Source of the DNA: a virus
Lineage: Duplodnaviria > Caudoviricetes
Length of the DNA stretch: 64,000 nucleotides
Reading direction: 5' to 3' (one strand)
IMG/VR virus record: IMGVR_UViG_2934965791_000001
Location: 1-64,000 of that record
The position numbers and the translations under genes were made by a program. Below, one piece after another: positions 18,390 through 27,474 of this stretch. Below the pieces are notes generated by a model. That model saw only the letters and a list, made by a program, of their open reading frames with translations, did no database searches and had not been told where the DNA came from. The first letter of the stretch is position 1; each line of letters starts with the position of its first letter.

Positions 18390-18597
18390 GGGGGTACCTC
18401 AGCGCTCAGGTGTGGAAGTGATGCCTCGTCCGGCTGTCCCGCGTAGGGGGACGAGCCGAGCGACGCCGTGCACACCAGATAACCGACTGTCACCAGCATC
18501 CGACCATGACGAAGTTGCGCGGCCTCACTGCACGACCCCTGACGAATTGACTAGTCCTTTACTCGCGGGGTTGAGGTGCAGCACCTACCGTGACGAC

Positions 18598-19881
18598 ATG
18601 GCGGAAACCAAAAACGACGCATTAGCCGCCTGGATGAAGCAGACCGGCACCAAGGCCCCCGAGCTGTGCGAAGCGGTGAACGAGGCGATCCAAGACCTCA
18701 CCGGGCACCTCGGCAGCGTGTCCGAACGGACCGTGTTCCGCTGGCTGTCCGGGAAGAACCGGTGGCCCCAGGCTGTTCAACGGCGCGCGTTAGAGACCGT
18801 CACCGGCCTCCCGGCCACGGGCCTAGGGTTCGTGCCGCGGGGTAATCGCGCCACCGCTCCAGCACCACCACCGGAGGACCCCTCAGTGCACCGCCGCCGC
18901 TTCGTCGGTGCGGCCGCCGGAACAGCCGCCAGCGTCGCCGTACCCCTCCTCGCCGCCTCCGGTCCGGCCGCCCGCGTCGGTACCTCCGACGTCATCCGGC
19001 TCCGCGAGAGCATCCAGAACCTGATCTCCCTCGACGCGGACCGCGGCGGCCACGCCGCGCTGGAACGCGCCTCCCTCGCCGGAGCCGCCGAAGCCCTAGA
19101 TCTCCAGCAGCGAGCCACCAGCCAACGCGTCCGCGGCCGCCTGTACTCACTCGCGAGCGACTTCACCGCCACCGCCGTTTGGTCCGCCATCGACGCCGGC
19201 CGCCTCGACGACGTCGACCGGCACCTTGACCGCGCCCTCGCGCTCGCCGGCATGGCCCAGGACGGCGAGATGACCATGCAGGCGTGGAACCTGCGGGCCA
19301 TGCTCGCCCGCCAGCGGAAGAACTACGGGGAGGCGATCGCCGCGGCCCGCGCCGCGCAGACCGGCATTGCCCGCCGTAGCCGCCTCCACGCCTCCCTCGC
19401 GCACGCCCGTACCGCCGTCGGACTTGCCCACGCCGGCGAGCACCGAGCGGCCCTGCGGTCCATCGGCCGCGCCGAGGACACCCTTGCGCAGGCCGACACC
19501 ACCGAACCGCCCGCTACCTGGGTTGCGTTCTACGGGGCCGCGGAACTGCACTCCATCACCGCCATCGTCTGCGACGTCATCGGTCAGCCGGCCCAGGCCG
19601 AGGCGTCCGCCCACCGGGCCCTGGCCGCCCTCCCCGACACCTACCGCCGTAACCGGGCGTACACCACCGCCCGGCTGGCGCTCGCGCAACTTCACCAGGG
19701 CGACGTCGACCAGGCGTACGCCACCAGTACCGAGGTGTTCGGCATCCTCGGCACGGAACCCCTCCGCGGCCGGGTGCGCCAACTCCTCGGCGACTTCCAG
19801 CGCGACCTGATCACGACCGCCCCGCCCCGAGTCGCACACGAGTGGGCCGACCGCTTCCGAACCGAATGGAGTCCCGCATGA
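18598..19881 (+). CDS. XRE-type HTH regulator with TPR-like sensor domain
   Basis: NDALAAWM..VSERTVFRWLSG..WPQ..LGF, VHRRRF linker, helical repeats. TTA codons at 18622 and 18790. Confidence 0.88.
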   Translation: MAETKNDALAAWMKQTGTKAPELCEAVNEAIQDLTGHLGSVSERTVFRWLSGKNRWPQAVQRRALETVTGLPATGLGFVPRGNRATAPAPPPEDPSVHRRRFVGAAAGTAASVAVPLLAASGPAARVGTSDVIRLRESIQNLISLDADRGGHAALERASLAGAAEALDLQQRATSQRVRGRLYSLASDFTATAVWSAIDAGRLDDVDRHLDRALALAGMAQDGEMTMQAWNLRAMLARQRKNYGEAIAAARAAQTGIARRSRLHASLAHARTAVGLAHAGEHRAALRSIGRAEDTLAQADTTEPPATWVAFYGAAELHSITAIVCDVIGQPAQAEASAHRALAALPDTYRRNRAYTTARLALAQLHQGDVDQAYATSTEVFGILGTEPLRGRVRQLLGDFQRDLITTAPPRVAHEWADRFRTEWSPA

Positions 19882-20429
19882 CCACGGCGACCATCGAACT
19901 CCGCCACTTCGGGCACAACGACCTGCCCGCCATCCGACAGACCCTCCTCGACGTCCACGCATCCGCCTACGCGGACGACATGACCGAGTTCGACGAACGG
20001 TTCCCCTGGTTCGTCGACCACTGGGGCTCACGCGAGGGCTATGCCTGCGTCATCGGCTACGACGGCGCCCAGCCCGTCGGCTTCGCCTACGGCGCGCCGG
20101 CCGCCCCAGGCCGGGAGTGGTGGCGTGAGCACGTGCAGGACCCGCCGGCCGACGACTCCACCTTCGCGGTATCCGAGCTGATGGTGCGCCATGCCTGGCG
20201 GAAGACCGGCACCGCCGGGCTCCTCCACGAAGCCCTCCTCGGCGGCCGCACCGAGGCCCTGGCCGTGCTCCTCGTCGACCGCGAGCACCCCAAGGTCCAG
20301 GCGCTCTACGAGCAGTGGGGATACGCCCAGGTCGGTTACCGGCAGCCGTTCCCCGACAGCCCGAACTTCGCCGTCATGCTCCGCGCCCGGCGCTGGCCCG
20401 ACGGCGTCCAGAACGGCGACACCGCGTAG
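19878..20429 (+). CDS. GNAT acetyltransferase
   Basis: PVGFAYG, ELMVRHAWRKTGTAGLL, VQALYEQWGY; ATGA-coupled to the regulator. Confidence 0.9.
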   Translation: MTTATIELRHFGHNDLPAIRQTLLDVHASAYADDMTEFDERFPWFVDHWGSREGYACVIGYDGAQPVGFAYGAPAAPGREWWREHVQDPPADDSTFAVSELMVRHAWRKTGTAGLLHEALLGGRTEALAVLLVDREHPKVQALYEQWGYAQVGYRQPFPDSPNFAVMLRARRWPDGVQNGDTA

Positions 20430-20475
20430 GTCGCGGCCGCGGTCCCCTGTCGGTGCGCAGTGCGAGGGTGGCGGG

Positions 20476-20694
20476 ATGTACCGCTTCCTTCGCCGCCTGC
20501 TGGGCATGGGCCCGACGATCGCCGACTTGGACCGGGCCGCTCTGGAACACCTCGGCCAGTGCATCGCCGCCGGCCTGGCCGAAGGGCTCGCCGACCCGCG
20601 ACCGTTGACGCCAGGGGAGATGGCGCGGGCGATGGCATACGCCAGCGCCGTCGCCCGGCGGTCGTTCCCCGCGCTGTACGACAACGAGGACTGA
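20476..20694 (+). CDS. Small hypothetical protein
   Basis: 72-aa ORF MYRFLRRLLG..., GC3-rich. Confidence 0.5.
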   Translation: MYRFLRRLLGMGPTIADLDRAALEHLGQCIAAGLAEGLADPRPLTPGEMARAMAYASAVARRSFPALYDNED

Positions 20695-20744
20695 CCTGCT
20701 GCTCCACGCGACCGCGCGGTACGAGGCCCTGCGGGACTGACGGG

Positions 20745-21083
20745 TCACTTGCCGGCCGGTATCTTGCCCTTCTGGTCGGGGCAGTCGACGAGCACCGCGG
20801 CGTCGACGAGCGCGGCCGCCTGCTTCGCGGAGAACCCGGTCTTGGCGTACGCGATGGCGTCGTCGTACGACCCCTTCTTCAGCTGGTCACACAGCTCGGT
20901 CCCCTCGTCCCCGAGTGTGCCGGCGAGGTCGTCGGTCTTCAGGCCGCCGAAGTCGTCGGGGTCCGCGGCGGCGGCCGCGTCGGCGTACTTCTTCTGATCG
21001 GCGGACGGGCCGCTGCTGGAGCAGCCGGCCAGGAGGAGAGCGGCCAGCAGCGCGGCCCCGGCGGTCGTGATCGTTCTTCGCAT
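20745..21083 (-). CDS. Small lipoprotein (DUF732-like)
   Basis: Lipobox LLAGC; G.ELCDQL..AAVLVDCP Cys pair. Confidence 0.8.
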   Translation of the reverse strand: MRRTITTAGAALLAALLLAGCSSSGPSADQKKYADAAAAADPDDFGGLKTDDLAGTLGDEGTELCDQLKKGSYDDAIAYAKTGFSAKQAAALVDAAVLVDCPDQKGKIPAGK

Positions 21084-21198
21084 GCCGATCATGATGACCG
21101 CCCGAGCCGCCATGTGGGGATTTCGTGACTGGGTTGTGACGCTCTCTACCTGCGGCTTTACCGGTTCGCCCTCATCGGGACCGCGCCCTGCCGAGACG

Positions 21199-22284
21199 TC
21201 AGGGGTTGCCCGCAGCTTCCTTCCGCAGGATCGTCAGCAGCTCCTGGAGCATCGCGTTCAGGCGTACGGGCTCCGGGATGTTGTCCATGGTCAAGACCGG
21301 CACCGAGGGGCCGATCTGCCGGTGCATCGCGTCATCCGAGATGTCCTTGAAGTCGACCAGCTTCTGGGCGTGGATCTTGTCGGCCCGCTGCGTCACGAAC
21401 GCGTGCTGACTCGCGACCACCTTGAAGTCCTTGTGCCCGAACGCCGGCGCGATGTGGTCCATGATGGCCCGGATCATCGCGGCGCAGACGTACGCGTTGC
21501 CCGTCGCATAGGCGTCGTTCAGGCCGTTGCACAAGGCGATGAGCTTGTGGACCTTCCACGTGGTGCTCGCGGCCGCCGCCTCCAGGTCATCTAGGAGGCC
21601 CGGGTCGATGTACGGCGCCCGCTCGGGCTCGGCGGCCACCGGTGCCTCGACCACTGCGGCCGGAGCGTACTGGGCGGCATTCTTCAACACGATCTCGCAG
21701 GTCTTCTCGATGTACTCCTCCACGGTGTGGATGCCGCGGAACTGCATCACGCTGCGGGTCACCTCCCGTTCCCACCCGTCGCCGGTATGAGCGCCCCCGG
21801 TGCTGATGGCCGGCTCATGGGACAACAGGTCGGGCAGTACCTTGACGAACCAGGGGTCCAGGTCGGGGAGCGCGGCCTCCAGCTCACCGGAGCGCAGGAT
21901 GATGGTGGGAACCCCGTCGGTAAGAATCGGCCTGCCGATGTACAGGTCGATCATGTGACGGAGAGCGCGCACGAACGGCTCACCCACTGCGATCCGCCCC
22001 TTGGGCAACCTGTACAAGCCGGCGACGGTCAACCGCACCTTGTCGCCCGGGGCGATGGGCGCCCGCATCGGGATGGTGTAGCCGTACCCAGAGGCGTACG
22101 GGGCTTCGTGCCCCACACGCCGCAGTGAGTGGAAGATGGTGTCGGCGTCCCGGCCGTCCATGTCGAACTGGTGCTGGATGTTGGCCCACAGCGGCCACTC
22201 GCCGGTTTCCTTCCACGGCTGAGCGATGGCTACGAGGAGATCCCGCTGGTCCGGCGTGAGCGTCAGGTTGAGGAGCATGCTCAA
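21199..22284 (-). CDS. Hypothetical protein with HEPN/Abi-like C-terminal domain
   Basis: LNDAYATGNAYVCAAMIRAIMDH...KDISDDAMH; helical pattern resembles HEPN/DUF4145. Confidence 0.6.
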   Translation of the reverse strand: MSMLLNLTLTPDQRDLLVAIAQPWKETGEWPLWANIQHQFDMDGRDADTIFHSLRRVGHEAPYASGYGYTIPMRAPIAPGDKVRLTVAGLYRLPKGRIAVGEPFVRALRHMIDLYIGRPILTDGVPTIILRSGELEAALPDLDPWFVKVLPDLLSHEPAISTGGAHTGDGWEREVTRSVMQFRGIHTVEEYIEKTCEIVLKNAAQYAPAAVVEAPVAAEPERAPYIDPGLLDDLEAAAASTTWKVHKLIALCNGLNDAYATGNAYVCAAMIRAIMDHIAPAFGHKDFKVVASQHAFVTQRADKIHAQKLVDFKDISDDAMHRQIGPSVPVLTMDNIPEPVRLNAMLQELLTILRKEAAGNP

Positions 22285-22386
22285 GGAAACCCCTTGGTGC
22301 GAAGTACGAGTGACGGGCCACCATGGGGCACGCGCCTTATCCGACAGAACGTCAGATGACTCATCCTACCGCTCCCTGCGGGTACA

Positions 22387-22420
22387 ACACCCCCGTATAA
22401 TCTCCAATATACGAGGGTGG
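22387..22420. other. loxP-like recombination site (13-8-13)
   Basis: ACACCCCCGTATA-ATCTCCAA-TATACGAGGGTGG; arms 11/13 complementary; inner CGTATA/TATACGA identical to loxP. Confidence 0.8.
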
Positions 22421-22441
22421 TTGGCCAGGAGGGATTTACAC

Positions 22442-23623
22442 GTGGACGACGCCGACGGCGGTATCGAGGTTGTCGAAGGAGAACTCGTCGATGAGGACCG
22501 GCTGCCGGCCGTCCTCGACGACCCTGCCAGCATCCTCGCCGGTGCCCTCGCCCGACCGGTCATCACCCGGCACACGGTGCTGCGCCCGGGGGAACTCCCG
22601 ACGACCGAGCGGCCGGCGTACACCGCGGCGGACATCTACATCTCGCCGGAGACCGCCGCGGCCATCGACGAGCGGTCGATGCCGGGGAACACCGAGCGCA
22701 ACTACCGTAGCCAGCGCGGGATGTTCGAGCGCTGGTGCGACGACATGGGCCGGGTGGCCAACCCGTGCACGACGGCGACGTACATCGAGTACGTCGCGGC
22801 CCTCATCGCCCGGAGCAGCTACAGCCCCAACTCGATCAAGGCCCACAAGTCGGCCGTCCGCAGCATGCAGCCCGAGGACGCGAAGCCCGGCACGGCCGTC
22901 GTCAACGGCCTCATCAAGGAGTACGCCAAGAGCTGGAGCAAGGCACACCGGGTGAAGAAGGCGCCGGCCATCCCCGACGACAGGTTCCGCGCCATGGTGG
23001 CCAGTTGCGACCAGCGGCACCCCATCGGCATCCGCGACCGGTGGGCCCTTGTCGTCGGCCGCGGCGCCCTGCACCGCCGCATCGAACTCGCCGACCTGCT
23101 CGTCGAACAGATCGAGGTGGATGACGACTTCGTCGCGCACTGGGTCGCCATGTCAAAGACCGACCAGGACGCGGACGGTGAGGAGACGCCGATGCCGGCC
23201 GACCCCGACGACCCCCTCACCTGCCCCGTCGACGCGACCCGCGCATGGCTCAACTGCCTCTGGCGGCTCGGCATCCGCAGCGGGCCGGCGTACCGGGCCC
23301 TGACCGTCGCCGGCACGCTGCAGAACCGGGTCAGGGCCACTGCCCGCGGCGAGCACGTCAGCGGCGACGCCGTCAACGACATGGTCCGCGGCCGCGCGTT
23401 CGCCGCGGACCTGCCCAACTGGCAGGCCGTCACCGCGCACAGTCTGCGCCGCACCGGAGCGCAGCGCATCGCCGACGCCGGCGGCGACCCGACCCGCCAG
23501 GGCCGGTGGAAGGACGGCTCCACGGTCGTACAGAAGGAGTACCTGGCCCGGGCGCAGACCCGCGCCGACAACCCCTGGTTGAAGGTGCAGGAGAAGCGGC
23601 GGAAGATGGCCGCCCACGAATAG
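22442..23623 (+). CDS. Cre-type tyrosine recombinase
   Basis: N-terminal NTERNY..FERWC; GIRDRWAL..HRRIEL, SKTDQ, CPV, AHSLRRTGA, QGRW..KEY (R-K-H-R-W-Y as in Cre). GTG start with AGGAGG RBS. Confidence 0.9.
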   Translation: MDDADGGIEVVEGELVDEDRLPAVLDDPASILAGALARPVITRHTVLRPGELPTTERPAYTAADIYISPETAAAIDERSMPGNTERNYRSQRGMFERWCDDMGRVANPCTTATYIEYVAALIARSSYSPNSIKAHKSAVRSMQPEDAKPGTAVVNGLIKEYAKSWSKAHRVKKAPAIPDDRFRAMVASCDQRHPIGIRDRWALVVGRGALHRRIELADLLVEQIEVDDDFVAHWVAMSKTDQDADGEETPMPADPDDPLTCPVDATRAWLNCLWRLGIRSGPAYRALTVAGTLQNRVRATARGEHVSGDAVNDMVRGRAFAADLPNWQAVTAHSLRRTGAQRIADAGGDPTRQGRWKDGSTVVQKEYLARAQTRADNPWLKVQEKRRKMAAHE

Positions 23624-23663
23624 GCACTCGCGGCGCCGGGCCCGATCACAAGGTCGTCGTCAC

Positions 23664-24431
23664 TTACGCCACGGTGAAGGGGACCCGGGCGACGATCAGG
23701 TCTGCGGACTCCAGCATGATGCCCACCTCGTTCTGCTCCAGCGACGGGGGCACCGGCAGGCCCGCCCCAGGGCCGCAGAAGATCGGGACGCCCTCCGGGT
23801 GCACCCCTACGCGAGCAAGCCAGCCGGGGGGCAGCGGGGTGTCCTCGTCGAACAGGACGTAGCCGTCGACGTGGGCCAGGCGCAGCCGGCACGGGGCGGA
23901 CGGCTCCGGGCCGCGGGTGACCGTGGCGGCCCAGCCGGGGGCGGCAAGGCGGGAGACCCGGTCATAGCGGAACCCCTGGTCGTACAGCTGGACCATCCAG
24001 GAGTGGCCCCAGTGCCCGTAGGCGCCGCGCCGGGTGTCGGCCGGCGGGGTGTAGGTCAGGGGCTCCACGATCAGTGCGGCCTCGGGGCCGTAGAAGGCGG
24101 TCCGGGCAAACAGCGACAGCACCGCCTTCTGCTCTGGGTCGGCCACGGACGGTACCGGGCGCGCGTAGCAGTAGGGGGCCGGAGCGTCGGCGCACACCGG
24201 GTAGTCGACCGTCCGCTTCAGCCAGCCCGGGGTCTCACTCGGCGGGGTCATCGCGTAGTGGGAGCCCGGGTCGTACGGGGTCTCGTCCGCGGCGCGCAGT
24301 TGGTCGTCAGTGGGGGCCTCGTGGGTGGCCCACCGCTTCACGATCCGGTGCGCCTGGCCATAGGCAAGGTCTTCCTCGTCCGCCAGCACTCGGGCGGTTT
24401 CCTTGAGGGCAGTGTGGGCGTGCTTCGACAT
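23664..24431 (-). CDS. Hypothetical protein
   Basis: 255-aa ORF from MSKHAHTALKETAR; GC3-rich. Confidence 0.65.
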   Translation of the reverse strand: MSKHAHTALKETARVLADEEDLAYGQAHRIVKRWATHEAPTDDQLRAADETPYDPGSHYAMTPPSETPGWLKRTVDYPVCADAPAPYCYARPVPSVADPEQKAVLSLFARTAFYGPEAALIVEPLTYTPPADTRRGAYGHWGHSWMVQLYDQGFRYDRVSRLAAPGWAATVTRGPEPSAPCRLRLAHVDGYVLFDEDTPLPPGWLARVGVHPEGVPIFCGPGAGLPVPPSLEQNEVGIMLESADLIVARVPFTVA

Positions 24432-24713
24432 GGCGCTGTTCCTAGTAGGCCGGCCAGGACCCCACGCGTCCTCGCCGCTGTAAGGAGGCAGGCGAGCACA
24501 GACGGTCAGTGATGTAACCCTGCGGGCCCTCCGGACCTTGGCCCCGTGCCCGGCGTGGGTGGGCGGGGGTAACGGCGTGCGCGTCCAGCCGTGGTGGACA
24601 CGGTAACCCATCCCGCCGACGTTGCGGACAAAATGATCACTAACCTCCCCTTGCGTGTAGCTACACAATCGGGCAAGATGTGCACGTCACCGCCCCCGAC
24701 CAGAGAGGACACC

Positions 24714-25118
24714 ATGACCGCCGCCACCCTCGCCGACGCCGACGAGTTCGAGCGCCAGGCCCGCAAGCTGGCCGATGACGCCTGGCTCGCCGGCACGTGG
24801 GAGGACCGGATGCACGCCGAGGACCGGGCCGAGGAGCTGCGCGAGGATGCGCGCAACATCCGGGCCCGGATCAAGTCCAGCATCGAGCACATCCGGGACT
24901 ACTACGGCCTCGACCTCTGGGTCGGCCTGACCGTGAAGCACGAGGGCCGGCCGGGCGTGATCGTCGGCTTCGCCGGCCAGTACGTCACGGTCCAGCTCGA
25001 AGGCGACGACCACCCTGCGACGTGCCACGCCACGGCCAGCATGGAGTACCCGCCCGGTACCCGCGTCGGCCCCAACCCCGACGAGCGCTTCGCGCACCTC
25101 GTCCAGACCGCCGCCTGA
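24714..25118 (+). CDS. Hypothetical phage protein with SH3-like C-terminus
   Basis: GAGAGG RBS; IRDYYG..VGLTVKHEGRPGVIVG..CHAT. Confidence 0.75.
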   Translation: MTAATLADADEFERQARKLADDAWLAGTWEDRMHAEDRAEELREDARNIRARIKSSIEHIRDYYGLDLWVGLTVKHEGRPGVIVGFAGQYVTVQLEGDDHPATCHATASMEYPPGTRVGPNPDERFAHLVQTAA

Positions 25119-25127
25119 CTCCGCGCA

Positions 25128-25170
25128 CGTAGAAGCCCCGCAGGTCTCGACCTCCTGCGGGGCTTCTACG
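25128..25170. terminator. Bidirectional terminator ending the late operon
   Basis: Perfect 17-bp stem CGTAGAAGCCCCGCAGG / CCTGCGGGGCTTCTACG between convergent genes. Confidence 0.8.
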
Positions 25171-25300
25171 CATTCTGCCTCACGGAGCGCGGTCCGCTCT
25201 ACACCGTGTCGTCCCTCCGATTACTTGGACGGAACATCGGACAAAGAAGGGGATGCCCCCGCCGGCCCCGGTGCGGGGCGGTCGGGGGCGCGGCCGGCCG

Positions 25301-26737
25301 CTACGCGACGACCTTGAACCCGTGCTTCTTCCCGAGTGCCTTGAGCGACTCGACGCCCGGGATGCCGTCGGCCGCCTTGCCGGCGAAGTGCAGCTTCCGC
25401 TGCCACTTCGCGTAGGCCGTGACCGTGAGCGACCCGAACGAACCGTCGCCGGCGTACTTCTTGGCGAGCAGGCCCTCGGCGCGCAGCGCGGCCTCGACGA
25501 TCTTCACGCCGGCCGCGTACGTCTTGTGCCCCTGCTTGCCCTTCGGGTCGGCCTTCGCCGCCTTGATCAGCTTGGACAGGGACACGGTCGGCTTCGCGGC
25601 CGGCGCCGGCTTGCTCGGCGTCGACGAGGCCGCCTGACCGGGCCACGTGTAGGACGTGACGGCTGTACCGCCGCGCGGGTCGTGCGGGTCCGCGGTGGGC
25701 GGGCAGACGCCATCAGGGAACCGCGGGGCGAGGTAGCCGGTCACATCCGTCGACGTACGCAGGTGCGTGTGCGTCCAGACACCGTTGCCCTGCCCGTTGT
25801 CGGTCGCGCCGGCCTGGATGCTGTTGCCGCCCTTGGTGATCACGTTCTTGCCGTCGAACCCGACGACGACCTCACAGTGAGCGCCGTCCTCGAAGTTGAC
25901 CCACGCTCCCACCGAGGGGTACTCCGACCACTGCCCGCGGGCCTTCGCCCACGACGTGAACGAGCCGACGTTGTCCGTCTTCGGCACGCACGAGTCGAGG
26001 CCCACGTCGTGGAACATGTCCCACGCGAAGATCACGCACCAGCTGACGCCGTTCTCGCCGTACTCGATGCCGAACGGGGTGTCGTTGTCCCACCCGTCGC
26101 TGGCGTTCCAGCCCTCGTAGATCTTCTCCGGGATGCTCTCGACGTGGTCAAGGAGCGTCCGCCAGTTCGGCGTCCCGGACGAGTTCGTGGTGCCGGTCGC
26201 CCACGCCTTGAGGTCCGCGGCGGTCGCGAAGTTCGCGACGTCCTTGTCTACGCCGTCCTGGCTGTACTGGTGGAACAGCCACGGGTGCTGGATCGCCGGC
26301 GATCCAGCCGGGTGGGAGTAGTCCGCGATCCAGAGGCCGTCTTCGCAGTACGACGTGGTGTCGATGCCGAGCCAGAACGACCGGGAGCAGTAGAGCAGCA
26401 CCCTGTGCGTCGGGCGCAGCGCCTTGACGGCCTTGAGGAGCGCGTCCTTGTCCGCGCAGGTCACGCCGGAGTCTTCCCAGTCGATGACGAGGATGTCGCC
26501 GTCGACGGAGTCGCACTTGTCGACGAAGTAGGCGGCCTGGGCCTGCATGTTGCCCGGCCTCGCGAAGTGGTAGAAGCCGACGACGGCGCCGGCCGCGCGC
26601 GCCGCGGCCGCCTGGCTGTCCTGGCGGGGGTTGATGTACGACGTGCCCTCGGTCGCCTTGATGAAGACGAACGACTGGCCGGTCACGTCAGGGGTCGCGG
26701 ACTGGTATCCGCTCACGTCGATGCCGTTCAGCATCAT
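25301..26737 (-). CDS. Endolysin: GH25 muramidase + CHAP + peptidoglycan-binding domain
   Basis: GIDVSGYQ, IKATEG, DWE, HQYS; WCVIF..HCEVV..GGNS; DGSFGSLT..DGIPG. Confidence 0.92.
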   Translation of the reverse strand: MMLNGIDVSGYQSATPDVTGQSFVFIKATEGTSYINPRQDSQAAAARAAGAVVGFYHFARPGNMQAQAAYFVDKCDSVDGDILVIDWEDSGVTCADKDALLKAVKALRPTHRVLLYCSRSFWLGIDTTSYCEDGLWIADYSHPAGSPAIQHPWLFHQYSQDGVDKDVANFATAADLKAWATGTTNSSGTPNWRTLLDHVESIPEKIYEGWNASDGWDNDTPFGIEYGENGVSWCVIFAWDMFHDVGLDSCVPKTDNVGSFTSWAKARGQWSEYPSVGAWVNFEDGAHCEVVVGFDGKNVITKGGNSIQAGATDNGQGNGVWTHTHLRTSTDVTGYLAPRFPDGVCPPTADPHDPRGGTAVTSYTWPGQAASSTPSKPAPAAKPTVSLSKLIKAAKADPKGKQGHKTYAAGVKIVEAALRAEGLLAKKYAGDGSFGSLTVTAYAKWQRKLHFAGKAADGIPGVESLKALGKKHGFKVVA

Positions 26738-26823
26738 GGACCTCCGGGGGTCGGGTCTGGGGGGCCGGCATGACGCCGCCGGCGGGGAGGGTTGGGGACG
26801 CTGGGGGCGCCGGCCGCGCGGCT

Positions 26824-27255
26824 CTACGCCTCGTCGTCGTGGTGGTGACGGCGGACGGAGCGGGGCGGCAGTGCGGGGAGTTCGATCCCGAGCTTCGCGG
26901 CGATGGCCTGGTTGACGAGCTGCTGGTGCACCTGGTCGCGCTCGTAGGCGTCGCGGAACGACGAGCCGCTGTTCGGGACGAGTTCGGCGGCCAGGGCGCG
27001 GGTGGCCTCTTGCTGGCCGCGGACGTCGGCGATCTCCTCGCGGAGCGCGGCGACGTGCTCCAGAACGCCGGGGTGGGGCGGGCTGGCGTCCGGGTCGCCG
27101 AGGAGCTGGTCGAGACGGTCCCAGCGGTGCACGCGCCGGCGCAGGGTTGGCCGGATCCGGCGGGCGAGGGCGGCGACGGTCAGGACGGTGCCGAGGGCTC
27201 CCCCGGCGAAGGACATGGTCTCTAGGGCAGAGGCGCCCGAGGACGCGAGGAACAC
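26824..27255 (-). CDS. Membrane protein, holin-like
   Basis: One N-terminal TM segment, coiled coil, PNSGSSFRD; directly upstream of the endolysin. Confidence 0.6.
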   Translation of the reverse strand: MFLASSGASALETMSFAGGALGTVLTVAALARRIRPTLRRRVHRWDRLDQLLGDPDASPPHPGVLEHVAALREEIADVRGQQEATRALAAELVPNSGSSFRDAYERDQVHQQLVNQAIAAKLGIELPALPPRSVRRHHHDDEA

Positions 27256-27363
27256 GTGTTGCCGCCTACAGGGAGCAGGCCCGGCGCTGGGGCGCGGGGC
27301 GTTCGGTGGGGGGTGCGGCCGGCCTCCTGAGTTAGGAGGTGGTTAGGAGGCCGGCCGGGGCCG

Positions 27364-27474
27364 TCAGTGGGCGTGGCCGGCGAGGGCTAGCACGAGAGCG
27401 ATGGCGTCCAGGGCCAGCGCGAGGCCGGCGAGCAGCCACAGCGGGAGCGCCGCGCGGCGCCGGCCGGCGCTCAC
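27364..27474 (-). CDS. 36-aa single-TM peptide (absent from ORF track)
   Basis: GTG at 27474 overlaps the peptidase stop; MSAGRRRAALPLWLLAGLALALDAIALVLALAGHAH. Confidence 0.55.
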   Translation of the reverse strand: MSAGRRRAALPLWLLAGLALALDAIALVLALAGHAH

